Assembly (NCBI GenBank): GCA_965240325.2
Contig: OZ251251.1
Span: 558,001-622,000 of the forward strand
Length of the DNA stretch: 64,000 bases
Direction of reading: 5' to 3'
From: Rebecca billardiae RCC1528
Lineage: Eukaryota; Protista; Haptophyta
Positions 45,078 to 56,873 of this stretch are shown here, in pieces. The position numbers were made by a program, and so were the translations under genes. A model generated the notes under the pieces. It saw only the letters and a list, made by a program, of their open reading frames with translations. It was not told where the DNA came from and did no database searches. The stretch's first letter is position 1; every line of letters begins with the position of its first letter.

Positions 45078-46523
45078 TCAGCACAGCGAGTCGGGGCACT
45101 GCGGCAGCAGCGCCAGACCCCCAAAGAGGAGCTCGCGCCGCCGCGTGGACTGCTGCTCGCCGGCAGCGGCCATGCGCGAGATGCTCCGCGCCGTCGCCCG
45201 GATGAACGCCGCGCGGGGTGGAGAGGCGCGCTGATCCGCGCCTGCATCATGCCGTCCGTGGCGCCCGAGAGCCTCACCTAGAGCGTGTGACGAGCGCCCG
45301 CGCCCGCGCCCACGGCCGCGGCCTTCCTTGAGCGACTCCTCCTGCTCCTCCGCCACCTCAGAGGCGAGGAATGGAAGCATGCCGAGCTGCCGGCGCGCTG
45401 ATCCAAGTAGTGCGGCATCCGACAGGCAGGCGCAGTCGACCCCTACGACGAGCGCTGGCGGGGGGCTTGGCGGCGGGCTCGGCGGCGGGCTCGGCGGGGG
45501 CGAGGGTGGCGGGCTTGGCGGTGGCGAGGGCGGCGGGCTTGGCGGCGGCGAGGGTGGCGGGCTTGGCGGCGGCGAGGGCGGCGGGCTTGGCGGCGGCGAG
45601 GGTGGCGGGCTTGGCGGCGGCGAGGGCGGCGGGCTCGGCGGCGGCGAGGGCGGCGGGCTCGGCGGCGGCGAGGGCGGCGGCGGCGAGGGCGGTGGGCTCG
45701 GCGGCGGCGAGGGCGGCGGGCTCGGCGGCGGTGACGGCGGGGGGCTCGGCGGAGGCGAGGGCGGCGGGCTCGGCGGAGGCGAGGGCGGCGGGCTCGGCGG
45801 TGGTGACGGCGGCGGGCTTGGCGGCGGCGGGCTCGGCGGAGGCGAGGGCGGCGGGCTCGGTGGCGGCGCGGGCGGCGGGCTCGGCGGTGGCGAGGGCGGT
45901 GGCGAGGGAGGGTCCATGAAGAACGAATCTTTGCAATCGCCATCGCTGCTGAAGCTGGTCGAGCAGGTCGTGGGCGTAGCAGAAGTCTCGGAGCAGCAGA
46001 CATTGAACCTGATGCTTGAATATCCAGCTGTATGCCCGTCTTGCTGGCCGTCGATGAGCACGTAGACGGTGGCTCCATCACTGACAGTGACCGCCAGTCC
46101 AGCATCATAGTACGGTGCATTCGCCCCACCATGGCCAGGACCGCCGCACCCGTTGCCATCCTGGTTGACCAGCGCCGTGAGCGGCTCGTCGCTGTAGACG
46201 GAGATCGCGGTCGCGTCGCCATACGTCCCAAAGCCATCGCCGTAACTGCTGCGCTCAGTGTTGAACGTAAGCTTGATGTCGACACCATATGTGTTCTCAA
46301 ACGACCAGAGCTTGTCCCGCCCGGTGTAGCCGCCCGAGTCGTCAGCGCCAGAGAGGTCATCAGTACCCGAGTTCACGCTGCATAGCAGCTCGCCGCCATC
46401 GCAGGTTGCGCACGCTGCAGCCTCGACGAGCTTGAGCACGCCGAGCAGGTGCGAGACGGGCCCGAAGACGAGCAGGGCGAGGGCTGCATGGCGGCTCGCG
46501 CCGTACGCGGAGCAGCGGAGCAT
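45078..46523 (-). CDS. Secreted Cys-containing protein with a long (SPPP)n extensin-like stalk
   Basis: Hydrophobic N-terminus (AALALLVFG...VEAA), a ~165-aa Cys/Gly/Asp-rich domain, an SPPP array at ~45460-45910 and a C-terminal RRELLFGG. Confidence 0.75.
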   Translation of the reverse strand: MLRCSAYGASRHAALALLVFGPVSHLLGVLKLVEAAACATCDGGELLCSVNSGTDDLSGADDSGGYTGRDKLWSFENTYGVDIKLTFNTERSSYGDGFGTYGDATAISVYSDEPLTALVNQDGNGCGGPGHGGANAPYYDAGLAVTVSDGATVYVLIDGQQDGHTAGYSSIRFNVCCSETSATPTTCSTSFSSDGDCKDSFFMDPPSPPPSPPPSPPPAPPPSPPPSPPPSPPPPSPPPSPPPSPPPSPPPSPPPSPPPSPPPSPPPSPPPSPPPSPPPSPPPPSPPPSPPPSPPPSPPPSPPPSPPPSPPPSPPPSPPPSPPPSPPPSPPPSPPPSPPPSPPPSPPPSPPPSPPPALVVGVDCACLSDAALLGSARRQLGMLPFLASEVAEEQEESLKEGRGRGRGRGRSSHALGEALGRHGRHDAGADQRASPPRAAFIRATARSISRMAAAGEQQSTRRRELLFGGLALLPQCPDSLC

Positions 46524-46766
46524 GGCTGGCCCTTGCGGTGCTCGCGGGAAGTAGCAGCGGTTATTGCCTTCCTGACCGCGCTGCGAAACGGAAAACGCAC
46601 GCGCCCGTGCCGGAGGGTTGGCAGCTGTTTACACTGGATAACTCGTCATCATTGCGCAAAGGAATGAAAAGGGGGGGGGTCAGTCTATGATGATTCGACA
46701 ACGACACTGCACGCACAAATCGAATATCATCAGCAGCATACTCCATCTGCTATAATATATGTCGTA

Positions 46767-47750
46767 TCCCCTTACCGCAGTCTGCTTCTATACGAAGCAG
46801 ATTTGGGTGGGCGGCGGCGTGGGAGCGCTGGGCGCGCAGGTAGACGGCGCGAGCGGGCGCGCGCACGCTTGGAGGCATCTTTGGGACCATACCCATCGAC
46901 GACCCGAGCCTCGCCGCCACCGCCCTTCCCCTTCTCCCGTGCCACGGCGTCCAGACGGAGTGCCAAACGAGCGTTTGAACATGCCACGAAGCAGATTTGG
47001 AATGGTGCTCAAACCGCTGCGGAGGTGATCGTCAGGCTGCGGCGTGAGGCTGGGAGGGGTATCATAACGTAATGGATGACGGTCGTCACCTGTGCGCCGG
47101 TCGGTAGGCTGCTACTCAGCGCCCGTAGGCTCGTACGCTGCACCTCGAGCTCAAGATCCCTCACCGTGGGCTCCGCGCGAGTGACACTGAGCACGAGGAG
47201 GGTGTACTTGCGAGGGGTACGCGCGTCGCGCCTGCGATCGACGCCAGGACAAGCGAAGAAGCGATACCACCACTCCCGCGAAGCGCCTGCCTGACTTGCA
47301 CTCGGTGTACACACTGCGTGCGGCGTGCCGCAACGAAGGAGCCCGACCCGTGCCTCAGCGTGTCCCGCGCGGCTGGCTGGTGGGCACTTTCAACGTGATC
47401 GGTCATGCGAACGCGCGCAGAGTAACGCGCGCAGTATGTACACTGTCTACAATCATCTTTGTCGGTCGCCCACGTGCTTGAAGCGGCTGCAAGGAGTGCA
47501 GCCGGGTGTCGCGGGCCAGTCGAGCGCCCAGCCAGCACGACGGCAGCTCGGCGCCGCCGCGCGTTGCCATCGTGGAGGCGGTGATGCTGGAGGTACTAGG
47601 CTGGCGGCTGTCTGAGGGTAGCTAGACCATGCCTGGGCACTCTCAAGCCGTGTTCAACGCCCAGGCGCGCGTGGGTGGGCCGCAAAGCGCGCGCAGCGGC
47701 CGCCGTCAAATCTGCTTCCATACGAAGCAGATTGAACTGCGGTAAGGGGA
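46767..47750. mobile_element. 984-bp non-autonomous TIR element (MITE-like), TA target duplication
   Basis: TA|tccccttaccgcagt ... actgcggtaagggga|TA; each end carries the palindrome tctgcttc-N5-gaagcaga. Confidence 0.8.
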
Positions 47751-47911
47751 TACAATAATTTCATCATGGCGGGCCGTATATTAACGGCCCGCCATAAAGT
47801 AACGTGCACAGGTGGCTTGCACTTTGCCTGTGCACTTTGCCTGTGTCTTTTAAAAATCATAGTCAGGCCAAATCGCCCGCGCGCGGCGCTGCCGGCCTCT
47901 AGCCGTCGGGG

Positions 47912-48815
47912 ATGGAGTGGTCGCCAAGCGCGCGCTCACCGGCTTCATTGCGCTGGTCGTCGGCGTCGCAGCGCTCTATGCCGTCGCCGTGGGGATGTGC
48001 ACGCGTCACTCACCGCCCTGTCGCCGGGCGCGCGAGGCCGACGAGGCGTTGGCGGGCGGAGTGGAGGGCGGCAAGGTGCTCTTGAGCTCTCCCACGCTTG
48101 GCGCCGGCGAAAGGACCCGGATGGCGTCCGAGAACGAATGCGCGCAGCGCTGCGGCTCGGAGCGCGGTTTCGAGCGCGTGACTGGCTTCGTGTACTACAC
48201 CGACGAGATCGGTCGAGATTTCGACGAGTACAAGCGCGTGGTCCATCGCGTGTGCAAGAAGCCGCAGAGCATCGCGATGCTCGCGGTCTCAGAGCATGAC
48301 GAGTTTGAGACGGTTGGCGTCTGTTGTTGCGCAAGCCCGGTCAAAGAGATCGGCGAGCACCCGCACTATCCAATTGTCCCGCCCAAGATCAGCTGCGACG
48401 ACTTCTGCGCTGCTGGCGGCCACGGGCGGGGCGTCATCATCGGCACCGCGCCCGCGTGCGAGGGCTTGTGCCACGACGACTGCCGCCCACGGGCACTGCT
48501 TCTGCGTGGGGGCGGGCGACGGCACTAGTTTGGGCTCAAGGGCTTTGGCAGCGAGTGCACCAGTGGCGACAAGGTCTGCTGCTGTGCGCACCACGGGTCG
48601 CGAGAGCCGGACTACTCGGCGCGCCACGGGCTCACGTGCGCCTCCTTCTGCAAGAGCGCGGGGTACCCGCGCTCCAAGCTCGACGGCACGGCCCCGGCCG
48701 GTGCGAGGGCGAGTGCTACAAGCACGCCAAGCAGTGCGTCACAGCCAACGACCACTTTACGGACCTTGGCGAGCAGTGCTGGAGCGGCGACAAGATCTGC
48801 AACTACTACTCGTGA
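47912..48815 (+). pseudogene. Frameshifted Cys-rich membrane-anchored/secreted protein with duplicated GTAP-C-G-C...C-SGDK-C module
   Basis: N-terminal TM (ALTGFIALVVGVAALYAVAVG). Repeats: SCDDFC...GTAPACEGLC...FGSECTSGDKVCCC and TCASFC...GTAPA/CEGEC...LGEQCWSGDKIC. In-frame TAG at 48526 and frameshifts near 47915, 48490 and 48700. Confidence 0.65.
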
Positions 48816-49063
48816 AGACGGACGTCGGCACGGGCCGCGCGCACTGACAGGGCGCCCGGGCGGCGGCACGCCGGGGCCGCGGGCCGCAGACTGGCCGCCG
48901 AGTCGGCCGAGCCTGCGTAGGGCTCCGTGATCGGCCTGTGGCAGCTGAGTGGCATCGAGTGGCCGTCGGTGATCGGCATGTGCGCACCTACAGGTGGATA
49001 CGGGCTAACTGGACACAGGGGCTATCTGGAGTCGGGTAGATCGACCAAACCGAGCTCAGAACC

Positions 49064-50588
49064 GGAGTGTACCGAGCTAAGCGGATGTACCATGGTACAC
49101 TTTGGTACACAATTGGTACACTATTGGTACACTATTGGTACATGTAAAGATGTACCAAGTGTACCAATAGTGTACCAATCGTGTACCAAAGTGTACCGCA
49201 ACGCATCCTGACAATGTACCAAATGTCATTGGGTGTACCATGTACACTTTGGTACAGGCAATCGCGGGCAATAAGGAGCTGTCACGTTAAGAAACTGGGG
49301 CTTGCTATCTGCGGATCTGGCCTAGAAACCGAGACTAGCGATTGGCTGGTTCGCTATACGCATAGTCACACTAAGAAACCGGGACTACGTCGTCCCGGCT
49401 GACGAGTGGTCCGCCGAGGGCGAGGCGCAGTCGGCCCGTCCGGGGGACGCGGCGCGCGGCCCGACTACGAGTACAGGCCAAGTCCCGACTTCTCCTGATG
49501 ACTGACTCCTGGCCAGTGCGCCGCAGCAGCCATGCAACATCATGCCAGATTTGATGCTCCAAAAAGGCCCAAAATTTTCTTCGGCCTCGCCGGCCGGGCC
49601 TAAAGACTCAGCGGGGGGCTCTGCCCCCCTGCGCCCCCCGCGCCTGCGCGGCGGGCGGGACCTAGCTAAGAAACTGAGACTCCGTAGGCGCTCGGGCTAC
49701 CGAACGGCTAAGAAACCGAGGCTAGCCGTGAGATCTCTGACTTCTTATTGCCCGCGATTGTCTGTACATAATTCATAAATGGTACACTTTGGTACATTTC
49801 ATGAGTGTACCAACGTGTACCAACCATGTACCAGTTTGCACACAAAAGTGTACCAAGTGTACCAACTCCTCCCTGAATGTACCAACTGCTCCCCAAAGTG
49901 TACCAACTTGTCCCAGGGTGTACCAAAAAATGTACCAACTCGTCCTGAAAATGTACCAAGTGTACCAAATTTCCGCGAAATGTACCAACTTGGTCCAGGG
50001 TGTACCAACAGTGTACCAACTCGTCCTGAAAATGTACCAGTGAGTAGTGTACCAAATTTCCGCTGAATGTACCAACTCGGCCCAGCAGGGTGTACCAAAA
50101 GTGTACCAACTCCGGCACGAGTCGGTACCATCTACTGAACCCCCGATGTACCAGGGATTCTGGGTGTACCAGGTACACCCAGGAAAGTGTACCAGCTCTG
50201 AATCGCTGATGATGGTACACTATTGGTACATTCATGAAAAGTTGGTACATTGATGGTACATTGGGGGACGGTTGGTACACATGGTATATGGTACATTTGG
50301 TACATCGTTGGGACACATTGGTACATTCTTCGGACGAGTTGGTACATTTGGGAGGAGTTGGTACATCAGGTAATGTACCAACATGTGCTATGTGGATGTA
50401 CCACCATGTACCATGGTACACCCAATGACATTTGGTACATTGTCAGGATGCGTTGGTACACTTTGGTACACTATTGGTACACTATTGGTACACTTGGTAC
50501 ATCTTTACATGTACCAATAGTGTACCAATAGTGTACCAATTATGTACCAAAGTGTACCATGGTACATCCGCTTAGCTCGGTACACTCC
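49064..50588. mobile_element. Foldback-like element with ~178-bp TIRs built from tgtaccaa motifs
   Basis: 49064-49242 and 50412-50588 are inverted copies (2 substitutions and one 2-bp indel by eye). The interior is full of gtacc/ggtac motifs that switch orientation near 50200. No clear TSD. Confidence 0.82.
49255..49764. mobile_element. 510-bp Tc1/mariner-pogo-type MITE nested in the foldback element
   Basis: TA|caggcaatcgcgggcaataag ... cttattgcccgcgattgtctg|TA. Removal restores ggtacat. Internal taagaaacYgRgRct repeats x5. Confidence 0.88.
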
Positions 50589-50759
50589 TCATTCTGTGGT
50601 GAAAACGACCGAAGGCTCGTGGTAACTTACTAATCTGCAGCCGCCCCGGCTGAGCCGGACAGTGAACGTCCGGGCAAAACGGGCGTGCCGCAGGCCGCAC
50701 GTGAAGGCACGCGGCAGTGACGCGGCTCGCCTCGCGCGACAGGCACCGTACCCGCCGTC

Positions 50760-52145
50760 CGGCTCGCAGTGCAGGACCGACCCCACGGGGCGGTTTGCTG
50801 TTGCCCCCCTGTCATGCGGGTTGGCTCCCCTGACGCGTGGGGGGAACGCCGGAGGGTTGGCTCCCCCGGCGGCCGGACACGGGGCGGCGGGTGGCTCGGC
50901 GCCATCTCCCGCTCGCCCCGGCGGCCGGTTCGCAGTGCAGGACCGACCCTACTGGGTGGTTTGCTGTTGCCCCCCTGTCATGCGGGTTGGCTCCCCTGAC
51001 TAGTGGGGGGGACGCCGGAGGGTTGGCTCCCCCGGCAGCTGGGCACCGGGCGGCGGACGGCTCGTCGCCTTTCCCCGCTCGCCCCGGCAGCGGCGCGTCC
51101 TCTAGCGTCGGCCGGCCGGCCCCGCTGGCGCGCCCCCCGGGCTTGCAGTTCAAGAACGGCCCAGGCGGGTGGTTCGCCGTTCCCCCCGGTCATGCTGGTC
51201 GGCTCCCCTGACGCTTGGGGGGAACACAAGGGGGGTGGCTCCTCCGTGGCTAGGCTCGGCGCCTTGGCTCGCGCATCGTCGGGGGCCCTCTCTTCCGGCG
51301 GCACAGCACGGTCGGCCCCTGGTCATTTGGCCCAGCGGGTGCCTTTCTCGCACCAGCAGTCCAGCCCGGGCGCTGCGGGGCAGCTGGCCAGCGCGTCGCC
51401 ATCGACGGGGATGGCTCCCCTGTATGGTGGCAAGAACCAGGTGTCCGGCATGGCCCGGCCGCCACTCTTTCGCTCGCACGGACCAGCAGTCCCGCCCGGG
51501 CGCGGCGGGGCAGCTGGCCGGAGCGTCGCCATCGTGACGGGGATTGCCCCCCCTGCAGCTAGGTTTCGGGCGGCGGATGGCTCGTCGCCCTTCCCCGCTC
51601 GTCCCTGCTGCCGGCGCCGCGGGCACGTCCCGCGGCCCGGCGGTTCGAGAACGCTTTGCGGTTGTCCCCAGGTCGTCATGCGGGTCGGCTCCCCTGACGC
51701 CTGGGCGGCACGCCATGGGGATGGCTCCCCCGGCGGTTGGACACTGGGCGGCTGATGGCTCGTCGAGTCTCCCGCTCGCCCCGGCGGCGGCTAGGCTTCG
51801 GGCGGCGGATGGCTTGCCGCCTTTCCCCGCTCATCCCTGCTGCCGGCGCCGCGGGCACGTCCTGCGGCCCGGCGGTTCGAGAACGCTTTGCGGTTGTCCC
51901 CAGGTCGTCATGCGGATTGGCTCCCCTGACGCCGGGGCGGCACACCATGGGGATGGCTTTCCCGACGGATGGAAACGGGGCGGCGGATGGCTTGTCGAGT
52001 CTCCCGCTCGCCCCGGCGGCGGCTAGGCTTCGGGCGGCGGATGGCTCGTCGCCCTTCCCCGCTCGTCCCGGCTGCCGGCGCCGCGGGCACGTCCCGCGGC
52101 CCGGCGGTTCGAGATCGCTTCGCAGTTGTCCCCAGGTCGTCATGC
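50760..52145. repeat. Degenerate GC-rich tandem repeat, ~170-235 bp units
   Basis: gtcatgc...ggctcccctgac and tcgcccttccccgctcg...cggttcgaga blocks recur; near-identical units start at ~51580, 51810 and 52045. Confidence 0.8.
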
Positions 52146-52495
52146 AGGACATCGCCTCGTGCGCGCTTAACATGGAGTCGTTCGTCGACCATCCACTCGG
52201 GGATGGAATCATAGACGCGACGCATCTCGGCGAGGGCAGCCCTGGGAGCAGGTTGAGCCCCTCCCATTGGGACCACCGCCACAGCGCCGGCGGAGGCACC
52301 ACGTCTCGTGCGTCGCCGTTCACGGCGGACACACTCACGAACTGCAGTCGAACCGGCTGCAGCTGAGACACTTTTCTCCGGCCGAGTCACGCGCGTGTTT
52401 CCTGCGCTCGTCATCGCGCGGTTATCGAAACGACTATAAGCCAAGACTATGACCGGACGCCCTACTATATGATGTGAGTACTCGTCATGAGACAC

Positions 52496-52602
52496 GTTTG
52501 TATGAAAGTAGGGGGAATGTTTGTATGAAAGTAGGGGGAATGTTTGTATGAAAGTAGGGGGAATGTTTGTATGAAAGTAGGGGGAATGTTTGTATGAAAG
52601 TA
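52496..52602. repeat. Perfect 23-bp minisatellite x4.6
   Basis: gtttgtatgaaagtagggggaat at 52496, 52519, 52542 and 52565, partial at 52588. Confidence 0.95.
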
Positions 52603-54959
52603 ACGGCTCTTCACATACGAAGATTGGACGCCTCGCGCGCGAACATTGCCGTATTTGCCAATACGGTAGAGGAGTCGGGGGGGGAGCATCAGGTAAAAGT
52701 GTGTTGTGCGTCAGGCGTGGTAATATTGACGCCGCCATCCTCCGCAACGGCAATGAACAAACGGGTTCATCGTTTTTGTCAGAACTGGGCGCAAGTCAGG
52801 TCTTCCTGCCGGCGGATCGTGTGATGGCAGAAGGAGCGCTGCAGCGGCGCCTTCTCCCCCGGGCGAGCCCGGCGCCAGCGGCGCGGCGCGCGCGCGGCTG
52901 CGACTCGGCGCTCGCGCTCGGCGGCGACTGCGCCCATTCCTGCCGCCGAGCACCGCCTCTTGAGCTTGCCCACTCCGCACTCGGCGCCGTCGTGTCCGCA
53001 CGGTTGAGGTCATGCGGCCGACCGGCGCTGGGCCGAGCTCAAGTTTGTGCGCCAAGTGCAGCGATGCAGACGTCGTGTTCGGCATGTCGCTCGACTTCTT
53101 GGTCAGCCCGTATGCCACCGCCGAGCCAAGAAGGCGCCAGATCGCGCAGAGTGCGCGAACTCGTGGCTGCACTTGGCGCACACATTCGACACAGACAGTC
53201 ATTCGCGCACGTGGGCCGTGGGGCACGTGGGCACACGATGGCGGCTGCCTGACAGTACTATAGTGAAATAACCATTTATTATTACTGATAGACACTACCT
53301 GGTACCGTGAAGTCGCCAGATTCAAGGGCGGGAGTCCCCTTCACCACGGCCCTTGCCTTCACGCTTATTGCTCCCGGCGCACCTGCGACCGAGCGCGCAA
53401 GTAGATATGTTGCTAAGCTGAGTGCAGCTGGTGTCTCCGATGGGGCGCCAAGGCCGGCGCCGCAGTATAATGCGGGCCGGCGGCACAGGTCGTGCTGCTG
53501 AGCCACGCGGGCTGAGCAGACAGCACGCACGCGCGCGCGCGGCACGCGCGCGGCGGCTGGAGCACTAGTCGGAGGCGCGCACGCGCGCTGACGGCTGACG
53601 CGGTGCGGCGCGCCGACACCGAGCGCACACATTCATTGCCAGTCGGCGGGCGCGCGGGCGGTACGGCCCGGCGCGCCGCGAGCAGTGGCACGCGCGGGGC
53701 GCGGGACGAACCCGGCGCAGCCATGATGCTCGGCCGCGACCATCTGGGAAGGTAGAACACCACGTGGCACGTGACCACGACCCCCGGCCATCAGTATTGT
53801 ATATATATATATATATGTATATATGTATACATGTATATATTATGTGCATGCGGCGGCGAATCATCATCACTCACACCGCGCGCGCCCGAATGAGTTCGAC
53901 GATCGTCCGGCCGGTATATATATGTTCACACACACGCACACACATACATATATATATATGTATATATATATACAATGATCCAGGCGCGGGTAGTTTGGCC
54001 ACCGATTGGCTGTGACTCGTCAGTGTGAGTGTCAGATTCAGCGCTTGGGGCGAAATCCGCCTACAGGCCGATTGACTATTGCATCACACAGTGCAGGATT
54101 GGAATTTTCCGTGACGCTTCGGACGGTCCGCAGCTCGAGTCAGCGAATCCGGTCTCGGCCGGACAGTGGAACTCGGGTGGAAGCCGCGACTTCGCGGCGG
54201 ACGGAGCCTCAAACGAGCGGTGCCTCGGCTCGCGGCGCGATCTACTCGGCGAAGACCGACGAGGCTGCTCGCGGGCCCGACTATGCGTCGACGCGGGCTG
54301 GGGTCGTCTTCCGCGTGGCGCTGGGCAAGTTCCTCGCCGCCCTGACGGGTGCTCTCCTTTCGCCCTCACGGCGCGCGCGGTGCGTTTCGCGAGCTTCTTG
54401 CATGCGCCGCCCGCGGTTGCGCCCGAGCCTGATGCTTCAGTCGACACGGCAGGTGGCTCGCGCAGGGTGGGATTGTGTGCGGGTGCCGCTGGCGGTGCGT
54501 CTCACCCTCCTGAAATTGTGTGGGAGGCTGTGACATTGCACGCGTACACCCCGCCACGCCCGCGGCCCGCCCGCGCAAACGTCGCGCCGCGCAGTTGTCT
54601 TTGACCTCGAGCGAGCCTGAGGCGTGGAGGCGACCGACGGCGGGGTGCGACTTGCCCACCGACCCGAGCCGCATCACCCAGCGCAGCCTCGCCCGCGACG
54701 ACGCTTCGCCTGGCTGCCACTGCTCAGCCGCGTGCAAGGCGGGCTGGGCGACGTCTTTGCCGAGCGCGGCTCACCCGGCTGCAGCGCAGCACGCGAGAGG
54801 CTGGAGCGCCATGACGCGGATGGCGGAGCGGGCTTTGGGCTGGCTGGCATGAGCCGCCAGGCTGTACCGTCCGCGCAGATCGCGCTCGGCCCGGCCGCAG
54901 CTCTCCTGAGCGCGCGCCTCAGAGCTGAGACTGATCACGTGCACGCGCACAAGCCATTC

Positions 54960-55800
54960 ACTGCCGTGGCTGTGTCGAGCAGCTGCGTGTGCTCGAGGCG
55001 CGGCGCTCGCACGGGCCACGCGGGCGCAGCGGGTGCGCGCAGCTGGCGCACGCAGTGCCACGTCCTGCCGCGCCAGTTTGGCGGCCGTCCGCCCCCCCGA
55101 GCTCGAGTTCTGCGCGCTTTGCGACGGCGCGGCCGGCCGCGCCCATCTTCATGCTTGGGCACGCCAGCATGGCCGCCGCCGGGCCTGCTGCGCGCGCCGA
55201 AGCTGGAGGGCGGAGGAGGGCGCTGGGCTGCTCCTACGGCGTGCTGCAGCCCGGGCAGGCTTTTCCGCGGCGCGGCGAGGCCGTCGCGCCTGCTCGCCGC
55301 CGTCGAGTCGCCCGTGCTGAGTGACCGTCGGCCGCATGTGCTCGGCGGCACCGCAGGCAGGCGTCCCATACCAGTGTGCTCGAGCCGCTGCGCGCACCCA
55401 AGGCGAGCTGCTCGAGCGGGCTAGGTGGGCCCACGGAGTGCGCGCAGCTGGCGCACGCAGCCCCGCGTCATGGGGTGTCGGTTTGACGGTCGCCAGCCCC
55501 CGTGGGCTCGAGCTCTGTGCGCTTCACCACGGAGGTGCCGACGGCGCCCCGCGGCGCGCAACGGCGTGGCAGCATGGCCGCCGCCGGCGCCGCCGCACAT
55601 GCCGCCGCTTACGGGCAGTCGAGAGCTTGGGGCAGCACCTACGGCATGCTGCAGCTCGGGCGGGCTCTGCCAGCCTGCTGTGGCGTGATCGCGCATTTTC
55701 CAGACCGTCGACTCGCCCGCGCTGCATATTTGTTTGCTGCGCGTGCTCGACGGCGCCGCTGCTGCCGCTACGGCCGCGCGTTGCTGCGTCGCGAGCGAGC
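54960..55800. repeat. Two diverged ~405-bp direct copies, possibly a decayed ankyrin-like repeat gene
   Basis: gtgcgcgcagctggcgcacgcag at 55033 and 55438; cagcatggccgccgccgg in both copies. Confidence 0.55.
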
Positions 55801-56873
55801 CCGATGCGAGCTGAACGGCGGCGTGCTCATCGCTGCTGGCGCAGATGGGCGCGTCATGGTGGCCACGCACGATGCTGAGTGCTCGCGCGTGCCAGACGAG
55901 GCGCGTGCTCGCGCTGTGGCTCAATGTCCGGCAGTGCGCGTGGCAGGCCGCAGCTGCTCGACAACAGAACCAGCGGGCAGTGATCGGGCTGCGCGCGCGC
56001 AGCTGATGGCGGCGAACGAGCGAGCCCGCACCGCCGCGCAAGGGCTGGGCGACTGGCGCCGAGGTGGCGCGCACGTCGTCCGCTGCCGTTGGCATCGCGG
56101 CGGACGCTTCAAGCTCGTTCGGCCGGCGTGTTTTCTCCGACGCCCACCTGCGAGCGCTGCCGGCACCGTGCTCGGGCGTCAGTATCGGTGGGCTCGAGCA
56201 CGCGTGGTGAGGCGCTCGGAGCGGTCGACGGCCATGATCGGGCAGCGCACGGTGGGCGCAGGCCACGCGCACGCCAGCGCCCCGCGTGGCGTGGCTTCAC
56301 GGGGCGCAGCCACCAGGAGACTGTGCTGCGACGAGCTCGGGCGCGCTCGGGCGCCGCTGCTCTGCATTTTCCCGAAAAATCGGTTTTCGTGCCCTCGACC
56401 GGCGGTATGCCGCCGGGGTGGCCGCAGCTGCGCTCGGAGCAGCGCGCACGCGCACCGCCGTGTGCGCCCGCCCGCTTTCGCCGCCGCCGAGCTCGAGCAC
56501 AGCGCTGCGCGGGGCTGCGTAATGCCAACGGCGCATGATTTTTTGCCCGCGCCGAGCGCGCGTCGGCGCGCGCAGCGCGCTCAGGTGTGGCCTGCTACCA
56601 AGGTCTGTGCCACGATTCGACGCGCCTATGGTGCGCCGAATTTAGGCGCACCGCTTCAGAATTGTCCGATGATTCGACTAGTGGTGCGGACAACTTAAAA
56701 CGTCACCCTGAGCAGTTTTCCGGCACTGTGCAGAATCACGGCCGGACGACTACACATGACGCGGGCATCACGGACGGACGTACTATCATACACAGCGCCC
56801 GATACGCCGCCGCCCAGCATCGCATCGTCGTTACGCACGACGATGACTTCTGGCCCCCGGGCACGCCGTCGCG

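Noticed and set aside
49064-50588. CRISPR-like appearance of the gtacc repeats
   Set aside because: The motif is only ~7-8 bp, irregularly spaced and in both orientations; there are no cas genes and the context is eukaryotic.
52496-52602. 23-bp repeat as a CRISPR array
   Set aside because: Units are directly adjacent, with no spacers.
53293-53490. U1 snRNA-like start (acactacctgg)
   Set aside because: Does not match ATACTTACCTG exactly; no ATTGCAC loop and no Sm site. An Infernal search against the U1 model would settle it.
53795-53977. Inverted repeat around a short spacer
   Set aside because: The arms are (TA)n microsatellites, which are trivially self-complementary.
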